Source: Octopus bimaculoides (lineage: Eukaryota). From it: 64,000 bases of DNA. Shown here piece after piece: positions 27,178 through 39,070 of the stretch (positions are counted from its first letter, which is position 1; every line of letters begins with the position of its first letter). The position numbers were made by a program, and so were the translations under genes. The stretch is from NCBI RefSeq assembly GCF_001194135.2, contig NC_068984.1, forward strand, positions 16,611,425-16,675,424, in the 5' to 3' direction. Under the pieces are notes generated by a model. It ran no database searches, had not been told where the DNA came from, and was given only the letters and a program-made list of their open reading frames with translations.

Positions 27178-27362
27178 TCATCGTTTAACATCCACTTTCA
27201 TTGCTGGCATGGGTTGCATAGTTTGACTGAGGACTGGCAAGCCAGGAGGCTGCACCAGGCTCCAATCTAATATTCCTTTATTATAATACTGGTTTCAAAT
27301 TTTGGCACAAGGCTAGCAATTTCAGGGGAAGTGATAAGTTGATTACAAACTATTAATAAAAA

Positions 27363-27406
<44 letters not shown>

Positions 27407-28114
27407 GGGTACAGGACGTCACCAACAGTAAACATGAAATACAAAAACAATGAATTCGATACACAAACAACAAGAGAAACAAATGGAAAACAGGACAAGT
27501 AACATAAAGAACGACCCCTCATCAGTTGTCAGCTGTCTATCTACTCATTATTTCAAGTATTGAACAACAATGTGTGTTGGTTGGTCATTTTGAGAAGGAG
27601 GATGTTGATATACACAAAATGCAAGCCAAGTGAGATCATAGCCATGGCCGATGCCAGTGTCACATAACTGGCCTGTTTAAAAGTGCTGTTCAATCATCGG
27701 GCAATATACTGTGCTTCAGAAATGCCTGTGCCACCTAACTGGCACCTGTATTACTGGCAAATAAAATGCACCATTTGAGCATGACCGATGCCAGTGTCAC
27801 CTGACTGGTATGTAAAAAGCACCATTCAAGCGTTGTCAATGCCAGTGCCACCTGACTGGCTCCTGTGTCGGTGTCATGTAAAAAAAGAGCACTATTTGAG
27901 TGTGGTCAATGTCAGTGCCACCTGACTGGTTCCCATGCCAGTGGAATATGAAAAGCACCCACTACACTCTCGGAGTGGTTGGAATTAGGAAGGGCATCCA
28001 GCCGTAGAAACCTTGCCAGATCAGATTGGAGACTGGTGCAGCCTCTTGGCTTGCCAGTCCTCAGTCAAACTGTCCAACCCATGCCAGCACGGAAAACGAA
28101 AATTAAGCAATGAA

Positions 28115-28155
<41 letters not shown>

Positions 28156-28196
28156 CAACGACGATGATGACAATGATGATGATGACAATGATGATG

Positions 28197-28229
<33 letters not shown>

Positions 28230-30827
28230 ATGATGAATGTTGATGATAATAATAATGATATATCATCATCATCATCATTATTTAACACCCATTTTCCATG
28301 CTGGCATGGGTTGGATGGTTTGACTGAAAGCTGGTAAGCTGGGAGCTGCACCAGGTTCTAATCTGATTTGGCATGGATTCTACAACTAGCTGCCCTTCCT
28401 AACACCAACCACTCTAAGAGTGTAATGGGTGCTTTTTTTAGATGCCACTAGCATGGGTGCCAGCAATGCTACTGTGCCTAATTAACCAGTTGATAATTTC
28501 TTTATGCCTTTATTAATTAAATTTAATTTTCTAATGTGTAATAATTTTTTCCTTTGTTTTCTTCTTTTCTTTTACAAGTTACCATTCAATCCAGTAACAC
28601 ATTTGATAATTTTCTACTGACTGGCCTCTATTCAATATCGGAGGATGTACGTAAAAGGATTCTATATATGCCAGCAGCCCCTGGCTTACCTGTTCAAGGT
28701 GAAAGTTTCATGTGTTCCACAATTTATTCACATTCCAATAATACCCCAGAATACCAGTTGCAGTTTCAATGGATTGCACCTCCATCTGGAACAGGATGCA
28801 TCAATTTTCGGTATGTAGAGTTTTACTTTAACACCATGTTCGTCGATAAATCTATTCCTGCTAAATTATAGAATTTGATAGTATATAAGACATGCTTTTT
28901 TTTAACAAAAAACTCACGCAAATAATCACACTGGGTACTATATGCAAAGTCATCATAAATATTGCATGCTTTAATGCACTAAAATCTTTTCTTCCTGAAT
29001 ATGCAATGCTGAAGCTGGGATGCATCAAATATGCCGATGCATATCTTTCATGCTATCAAATAGGGCACAATGTTGAAGAAAGATAAGATTTTTCTCATGT
29101 CCACATTTCTTCTATAATAATTCTATTCACATCTCGCATGTATTATAGGAATTAATTCTAGTACTTGACAGTTTTCACTTTTACTTACATTACAAAAGCG
29201 TTACACTTTTGCAAATCTTGCCATAATGTGGCATTCCATAAAACTGATCCTTTTTTTTCCAATTCTAAATGAAAATCAATGAATATGGAAGGCAACGAAA
29301 AACTATGTGGCTGTGTGGTAAGTAGCTTGCTTACCAACCACATGGTTCCGGGTTCATTCCCACTGCATGGCACCTTGTGTAAGTGAGTGGATTTGGTAGA
29401 CGGAAACTGAAAGAAGCCCGTCGTATATATGTATATATGTGTGTTTGTGTGTGTATGTTTGTGTCTGTGTTTGTCCCCCAACATCGCTTGAAAACCGATG
29501 GTGGTGTGTTTACATACCCGTAACTTAGCGGTTGAGCAAAAGAGACCGATAGAATAAGTATTAGGCCTTCAAAGAATAAGTCCTGGGGTCGATTTGCTCG
29601 ACTGAAGGTGATGCTCCAGTTTGGCCACAGTCAAATGACTGAAACAAGTAAAAGAGTAAAAGAGTATTATGGATCTCTATGTTAATGCAACATTTTCATG
29701 AATGTAATGCTTCTGTAATACAGTGTGTACCTGTCCCCTACTTTATCATCCTGGAAAGATAAAAACTAAACATGATCCTAGCAGATTTTGAACTCAGAAT
29801 GTAAATTGCCTGTATCTAAATACCACAGGCATTTTGTCTAAAGTTCCAATAATTCTGATAATTCATCGACCTTAATCCTGATCATATATTAGGAATAACA
29901 TATTGTGAAGTGATGTGTCTGAACTATTTTGTTGAGTACAACAGTAATTTTACTTCTGCAAACAACATTGTGTCAAAGCCCAAAGAACTTGACAGGAAGA
30001 TTTGCATTAGCAACAGTAAACCAAAAAGAGATTTCAAAGAATGTCAGTAATTTTAATTGCTCTGACTGAGCATGTTGGCATTATAGATACTCTATGTGGT
30101 TTGTCGACCTGCTAGTAATAGTTGCTAAATATTCCTCAAATCACACCTTACCATCTTAAACAGGAAGGAGGAATATTAGATATACTGTGTCTGAGAAAAG
30201 AAAGAAGACAGGATTGTCATGGCTGGAATTCCTTTGAGCAGAGGTCTCCTGAATCAAGGATAAATGTGGTATTAAACAACAGATTAAAGATATTTCATGC
30301 ACAAAGTTCTTTGATCCAAAGATTGCTGTAATTGCTACATTAGTTTTATGCTACAATTCATTTTGAAGTGACAGAATGGCTTCAGCACAAATTGACTTCA
30401 GAATTGACCATGTTCTGAAGGGAATTTCACCCCAAGGATCATACTTTGGACATATTTGGTACATTTTGCAGTTTTTTTTTTTTTTTTGCTTGTTAGTTTT
30501 TTTTCTCAGAATATGGTTCCAATATCAAAAATGCTGCTCCACTGAAACCTAAAGATATGACTAGATGCTACTCGGAGTAGATTACTAAGTAATCGGGGAG
30601 GGCACTTCTGTACAGTAACTCAGTCTGCTAGAAGTAGCAGGAAATATTTCCTCAAATCATGCCCTGTCACACACTTATAAAGATGGGATGGGATGGGATG
30701 GCCGTGGCTGGTACCCCTTTGATAGTAGGTCACCAAATCAACTATAAAAGTACTAAAACCAAGTCATTACTGCAACTACTACTACTACTACTACAACTAC
30801 TACTACTACTACAACTACTACTACTAT

Positions 30828-30859
<32 letters not shown>

Positions 30860-30912
30860 GCACCACCACTACCACCACCACCACTACTACTACCACCACC
30901 ACCACTACTACT

Positions 30913-30944
<32 letters not shown>

Positions 30945-31205
30945 CAACAACATCACCGTCACCACCACCACTACTACTACTACTACTTCTACANNNNNNN
31001 NNNNNNNNNNNNNNCCACCACCACCACTACTACTACTTCCATCACCACTACTACTACTACCACCACCACCATCAACAACAACACCACCATCACCATCACC
31101 ACCACTACTACTACTACTACTTCTACAACCACCACCATCACCACCACCGCCACCACTACCACCATCACCACCACCACCACCACTAACACCACCACCACCA
31201 CCACC

Positions 31206-31255
<50 letters not shown>

Positions 31256-34200
31256 CTGTGGAAGATAAAACAAAATAAGAATGTGAAAGAATAAACTTAT
31301 CTAATTTAAGGAGGCTGATTGAATCTTCCATTTTCAGCTGAAATTTATGATTAATGATGGTCCCTTTTTATGTTAACTCTTCTATTTGTAAAACGTTCTG
31401 TTTGAAAATTCCTTTAAATTTCTCTTTCATTCTAAGTTTTCAAAGTTGGCTTTCATTAGTATTCTCTCATGGAACCACTCTACATATTCATATATATCTG
31501 TTGCTTTGTACAATCAGATAAAACACAATAAGTTTTTCCACATCAGCAACATTCATTCAGTAAGTTCTGGTTTATGTAATCCATTAAATATATGATTGAT
31601 GTCTCTAACAATGACAGTTGTTTGAATAGAAACGCACTGGCTGACCTGAGATCATTTATATTTCTAGTTTCAATAGCTGTTTCATTGTCTGTTATAACAA
31701 TAGCCATCTAGGAGATAAGAATAGCAAGACTTCTTATATATTGTGTTATAGTACATGTAATAGCATACAATTGATAAAAGTAACACCTTATGTTGCTGTA
31801 TTCTTTAAATAAAAAATTCTGTTCCATGCAATATGTATTATGCTATGCAATAGCTTATGTGTGGTTGCTAGAAATAGCAGTCAAATTTCTCTCAAATTAC
31901 ACCTCATTTTAAAAATAAGGATACAGAATCGGCAAAATAGCCAGCAAATAATAATGCTTGAGTTATTTTTACTTTTTTAATGAACTGACTGAATGTAAAC
32001 AGTAAATCTTCATTCCCTAATAAAATTGTTTTATACAGTTTTAATGAAATTCGATTAGGCCTGGAAGAAGATTATGTAATGTGTCTTTCTCAACTGAATC
32101 TATTTTGACAATTCATTGACATTATATAAGGTGTCCACAAAGTTTGGGTACTTGGAGTAAATAAAATCATAACATAAACAATTAAATATAAGAAATGATA
32201 ATTTCTTAAACTATGTCTTAATCCCCATGTACCCAGACTTTGTGAACACCCTGTATATCACTTAAAGGAATTTTATTGATTATCCCAGATGTTTGTGCAT
32301 CATGGTTTGTAGAACCCCAATAACAACTGGTAGGATCAGTCCTACATCAATAGTCTGTGGCTTTCCGGATTTGGTAATCAGTATTGAAATTTTTATGAGG
32401 GCGTAGACTCCCTCATTTTCTTGTTTATTCATAGTGAAAACATACCTGACAATATTGGTTGATTGCATAAGTGGTTTTGAAGTGCTCTAAAGTAAGAAGA
32501 ATCTTTATTTGTTTTGTCAGTATGATTTTTTAAGTGCTCTCCTGATCTTGGAGATTTCACAGATTCATTGGAAAACTCACTTTGACAAATCAGCACATTG
32601 GTAAAAGTTTGTTTGTCGGTAACAGAATAAAACCATCCTTTACTTATTTGATACAGTACCACCAACATTTCTTGTTTCTTCTCTGGTTCTGCAAGGGTTA
32701 TACCAATACTCTTTTATTCTTTTACTTGTTTCAGTCATTTGACTGTGGCCATGCTGGAGCACCGCCTTTAGTCAAGCAAATTGACCCCAAGATTTATTCT
32801 TTGGAAGCCTAGTACTTATTCTAGCGATTTCTTTTGCTGAACCGCTAAGTTATGGGGATGTAAACACACCACCATCGGTTGTCAAGTGATGGTGGGGGGA
32901 CAAATACAGACACACAAACACACACACTGTCCAACCCATGCTAGCATGGAAAGCGGACGTTAAACGATACATATATATACGACGGGCTTCTTTCCATCTA
33001 CCAAATCCACTCAAAAGGCTTTGGTCGGCCCAAGGCTATAGTAGAAGACACTTGCCCAAGGTGCCACACAGTGGGACTGAACCCAGAACCATGTGGTTGG
33101 TAAGCAAGCTACTTACCACACAGCCACTCCTGCACCTAAAAAATATATATATAATACTATAGCTGTGTGTATTATTATTTATTTTTTATATTATTCTCTA
33201 AATATGACCACCCTATTGCTGTAATTATTTCAGGTGACAGTTTTATGAATAACTACTAATTTGTATTATTTTCCTCATTCTTTATCCTTCCCCTCATTCT
33301 TTATCTGCCAATGTCCCCTCATTACTGCCTTGTCTTCAAGTACCTTTCTTGGGTCTGCCAGCTCCTTTGCTCTACTTTGGGAATCACTACACTCTAGATA
33401 TTACCTTTCATGAGAATCTCTTTGCAAAGTGGCATCTCATCCATGAATTCTGTCAACCACCCATCTCTGAAATAGGATAGGTTTTTTTTCAAACTATTTC
33501 ACAGCAAAGTGCATCATCAGAGCATTCTCTCTCCCACATTTTTTAAAATTCTGACATAACTCAAAGTTCAATTATGTCATAGTACAATGTCTCCATTCCA
33601 ATTCCCCCACATCACACCCAAATACTTTATTCTCTGAACAGCAACATCTTTAGAACTTCCCTACTGAAATAAGCCAATAAAAATGTAAGTCACCTCATCA
33701 ACTTCACCTGTCTGGCAGGACTAACTGGGGTTATGGCCACAGTTCCAATCGTTCTGAAAATAAAATATTAAAAAATATCATTTTTTCTGGTGATGAAGCT
33801 CATTATGGATTATCCAGGAGGAGGAGGAGGAGGAGGAGGNNNNNNNNNNNNNNNNNNNNNNNNNNNNNNNNNNNNNNNNNNNNNNNNNNNNNNNNNNNNN
33901 NNNNNNNNNNNNNNNNNNNNNNNNNNNNNNNNNNNNNNNNNNNNNNNNNNNNNNNNNNNNNNNNNNNNNNNNNNNNNNNNNNNNNNNNNNNNNNNNNNNN
34001 NNNNNNNNNNNNNNNNNNNNNNNNNNNNNNNNNNNNNNNNNAAAACATAATTAAATAAATAAAATAAAGAAGAAAGCATAAAAAATTCTCGCTATTTCCG
34101 GTTGCTTCAATTACTTTCTGGTTTTGATCATTTTATATCACTAGCTTTGTATATAAGCAATAATTTTGCTAATTCGTTTTTTACTACCATTAATAACTAC

Positions 34201-37200
34201 ATATCGCTTTTACTCTTTTACTTGTTTCAGTCATTTGACTGTGGCCATGCTGGAGCACTGCCTTTAGTTGAGCAAATCGACCCCAGGACTTATTCTTTGT
34301 AAGCCTAGTACTTATTCTATCGGCCTCTTTTGCCAAACTGCTAAGTTACAGGGACTAAACACACCAGCATCGATTGTCAAGCGATGTTGGGGGCACAAAC
34401 ACTGACACACAAACATATACACACACATACATATATATACATATATACGACGGGCTTCTTTCAGTTTCTGTCTACCAAATCCACTCACAAGGCTTTGGTC
34501 AGCCTGAGGCTATAGTAGAAGACACTTGCCCAAGGTGCCAAGCAGTGGGATTGAACCCGGAACCATGTGATTCGTAAGCAAGCTACTTACCACACTGAAA
34601 ATTTATCTTTAGGTTTACATAAAGCAGCTTCATTATGCTATTGTGTCTTTTAGTATATTCTGGGGGGAACTAGAATGAGACAACTTGTTACCATGTAATC
34701 CATTGTTTCAAAAAATACACCACACAGGAGACCACATTTGTCATCTATAGAGCAAGTAGTGTAACTATTTCTGTCCATATACCTAATGGTGATAACTTGC
34801 ACATATATCAATGAAAGCTGTTGATTCAGATACTCCAATCAGATGAATTTACTCATCCAGACCAGATATACTATTTTTTGTTTATATATCTGATATCCTG
34901 TTTGTGGGAAGTATTGGTCATCATGATTGATCGATATCTGTTTTCACTGCTGCTTTATGTTCACACTTCAACTGTTTTAAGATTAATCCAATTTCTTGCA
35001 TTTTAATGCTGCAGATATATTAGATCGGGAGTGGACAGCATTAACAGCCTTCTTGTCTGTTAATGCTCAAAAGTCCACTTCCACCTTTAAGGCCACCTCA
35101 ACTGCAATATAACCCCCCACCCCACCCCACTGGGAAAAATAATGTTCTTGGGGACCTCCACTAACACAGTTACAGCATACAAGCAGGTGCTGAAAAGTTC
35201 CTGCCTTTAAGGATATCGAGAAAGGCCAAAACCTTTTATGAAACTGAAGGACTGCTACAATAAGTGTGAATTTGTTGAATTTCTTGAATACAATCATAAT
35301 TAACTGATTCTTTTGTATTTTCTTTTACCCAAAGTCAGGAACTTTTCATCACCCCTTCATACATAAGTTTGCCCTGGATCCCGAGGCCTATGGGGCTTCT
35401 GGGCAAATGTCCAGTGCCTTAAGATGGCATTAACCTCTTTTTCTCCTAGGAATGTACAGTAGTTGACTGATAGACTTTTTGTGTAGTGTGTGGCACATTT
35501 TTAACAGATATCTCATACTGCGTTCCATGGAATCTTTGTTATATTTCAGTGCAACACAACAGATCATGCTCTAACTGACATTATAAATGTTTTAATATGA
35601 CAGTGTTAATTACTAAAGAAGTTAGTAATTAACATTCTTAATGATTTTGTCAAATCATTCATATTTCTCATTTATTCACTTTTCACACACACACACATCA
35701 TTCTATGCAAGCTGGCAGAAACGTTAGTACGCCAAGCGAAAAGCTTAGCGGTATTTCGTCTACCGCTACGTTCTGAGTTCAAATTCCACCAAGGTCAACT
35801 TTGCCTTTCATCCTTTCGGGGTCAATTAAATAAGTACCATTTACACACTGGGGTCGATATAATCGACTTAATCCGTTTGTCTGTCCTTGTTTGTCCCCTC
35901 TGTGTGTAGCCCCTTGTGGGTAGTAAAGAAATAACGCACATCATTCTATGCTTGCATTATTTGTCACTTAAATATTTTGTTGACTTAGTACTTTGCTATA
36001 TTTTTGCAAATATGTACAATATCGAATACAAGCATTATGTAAAGGAACTGTTTAGTATTGCTGCTGTTATCTCTATCCAGTACATTTTAAATCTGTTATG
36101 TTTTTATTTGTTGCTAACAACTTTTATCTTCTTTGGATAAAAAAAATCTGATGATTTATTTTGTGGTAATGATTATTATTATTTTCATTAAATATCTGTA
36201 GACAAGAGAAATGTCCAATCCCAGAATTCCCTTCCCTGCCTGGAGTTCCGAATCATTTGCTCAGCTGATCAATCTGTCACGTTGTTTTGTCACTTGTACA
36301 TTTTTAGTGCAAAGAACATTTCAATGTCCTCACAATATTGTTTCGTAATAATAAAGGAACTCTCAAACTGGAGACCATTTGCAGCTTTCAGTTCTATTTC
36401 ATCCATGAAGAAATGGTGGATAAACCTAGTGTTGGTATTGTTCCTATGGCTGATAAATATTTGGCATGTGTGTGTGTGTGTGGCAGGGAGGGATTCTGAT
36501 CTATTTTTATTCAGTGCAAGATGTATCTGATTTCTAGTGGAGATTCATTGAACACCTGCAAAATGTCGACGATTTATAACAGTCTTGAAATAGCATCGGA
36601 CAATGTTTAAATTCATTTCCTTTATACATCGAATTTTCTGTATCTCTGTTGCTAGGTAATGTTCTCAGAGAGTTCTATGCCTGACGTATCTTGAGGAGAC
36701 AAATGACTGCTTGCTGCTATCTACATAACTGTTTTTGAATGTGTGTGTTCTAGTAAAGAAAAGAATCCGAATCCATTAATACATTAAATATTAATCTGGG
36801 TGATCATTTTGTAAAGTCAGAAGGATATTAAGTAAGAATTTCTTGATTTTTGACATGCGAGGATAATCTAAAGTTGTATAATGGGGTCCACAGTTGTCTT
36901 CATGTTAGCATCTGTTCTTGTTATTTTATAGTTCTGCGTAGTTAGTCATTATCTGTTTTTAATGTATCTTTCCTGCCATTGTTCATTTTGACCCTTTATC
37001 CAAAATAGATTTTTGTTTTTGTTTTTTATGATTTTTTCTGTTTATTTGATTGTATGTTTCCTCTTTGTACTATCTCCCAAAATCTAGGTTCATGTATGTG
37101 ATAAAAGAAAATCTAGTCAAAGTCAACTTTACTCTTCATCCTTTTGGGGTCAATAAATTAAGTACCAGTTGAGCACTGGGGTCGATGTAATTGACTTCCA

Positions 37201-37251
37201 CCACCAAATTGCTGGCCTTGTACCAAAACTGAAATCATAATAATAATAATA

Positions 37252-37293
<42 letters not shown>

Positions 37294-37567
37294 TTGGTTT
37301 GTCTCAGGCTTAGTGTTATTCCTGGTAGGGATTATGTGGATAGCCTTAGGTATCCACAAGTTTTCAGCAGTCTTTCAATTCTTGCTGTCTGTAAGAGACA
37401 AACTTTCTGCAAGAGCCCTACAGGACCTTCTATTTCAATCTTCCTCAGCTACTTGTCTATATTTTGGCTTACTTATCCCAGCACACCAATTATTATAGGT
37501 TTGACCTTTACTGTTCACATGGTCCAAATTCTTCCTATTTCAAATTTTAGGCAATTGTATTTAATTA

Positions 37568-37627
<60 letters not shown>

Positions 37628-39016
37628 GATAGACAGATTTTCATTACATCAGTAAATCATCAATTTAATTTTTCAGTGCCACAGCAGCCCTCAGCAATGT
37701 TTTGCTATTCAAAGATACCACAGTTCTTCAGCTCTGTGAAAAAGGAGGTAAGACATTCTTGAGTATTATTTCTACATCATTAACTATTTTGCTTCTCTTT
37801 TCAAATTCAAATCCTAACAATATTTATGTTGTACCTCAATGATAATACAGATAGGATACAAAATTGATTGTTGGAATATGAAATATTATTAAAACAACTT
37901 ATTTCTAGATTGTCTCCCTTGCCTTTCTACCCTAGTTGGTCATTTAAATTATATCATAGTGAATTTCCAGCTATTCATGCTATTTTGTGAAAATTCTTTG
38001 TTTGGGATGGAGATTAAACATAGCATTTAGTGTAGCCAATAGTCGTGAGATTAGTGCATTAATAGAATTGTACAGCTAAGATTAAGTTCAAAAGATATTC
38101 TACTCCACAGAATTCAGCTTTTACCATTATGGTGCACTATTCATTTTCAAACTATTGACAGTCGAACAATAGAGGCTGTTGGAAATAATTCTATCAAAAT
38201 ATTCAGAGTTAACTCTGTAAACACCACAGCTTATACTATTCTATGTATAATTAATTTCTTAGATATAACTCTAGAATTAGGCGCTAGTAAATGTTACCTT
38301 TACAATAAATCTAACATGCAATTTCAGCATATTAATACAAATCCTAATTATCATGTAAAACCTAAGTTAATAGCATTAGCAAGCATTCAATCCAATTACT
38401 TTCTGAAGAGGAATCATTTTAGTATGCTACTCATTTATTAGAATGATGTGGTAAAAGACAGAAACTTTAAAGAGACAATATATTACATAAAGAACGATAT
38501 CTATATTCATAAATACAAAGGACAGAAAACAAAACATAATAGGGTGCAATCCTCTCTGAAGTTTAAATGTTGGTTTTAATGTTGCTAGAATTTTTCCAAA
38601 CCTTTCAACTGTGCATTGCCCTATAGACTATAGATATTATATGATTTGTGATTTTTTTAAAAAGCGTTATGGTTAGGTAGCTCTGCAGAAATTCCTTTCT
38701 ATTTCCACGGAAATAAACAGAAAAACATTTATAATACGAACACACGAAACTCTTTTCTTGGTAATTGACACAATCTTTATATCCAGCATTTAAAGGATTA
38801 TATCTTTCTAAAGCATTAGTTCATGAAGGTAATTATCGATCACAATGGAATAAAAAGCTATACGAAGCTGTCACAATCTGTTATACCTAGAATGATGTTC
38901 ATATTTTTAAAAAAATATTCATGACCACTAAAACGTTATCAAAAAGAGTCACATTCCATAATTACTTGTGATTTTTATACATAGTAGACATGAAAACGAA
39001 AACGTTGTTTCGCACG

Positions 39017-39070
<54 letters not shown>

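Larger units (their letters stand above)
29305..34595. mobile_element. SINE-A copies in RELN intron 2 (29305-29665 +, 32710-33133 -, 34207-34595 -)
   Basis: Same diagnostic head, body and tail as the copy at 1288-1655. Confidence 0.88.

Noticed and set aside
26770-27960. Regularly spaced repeats superficially like a CRISPR array
   Set aside because: Eukaryotic intron; the units are degenerate tandem repeats within a retroelement 3' region, without unique spacers or cas genes.
30659-31331. Poly-Leu/Pro/His and poly-Ser/Gly/Val ORFs
   Set aside because: Translations of a compound trinucleotide microsatellite.
33300-33760. Possible decayed L1/Tx1-type LINE fragment on the minus strand
   Set aside because: No diagnostic motif could be read with confidence, so it is left unannotated.
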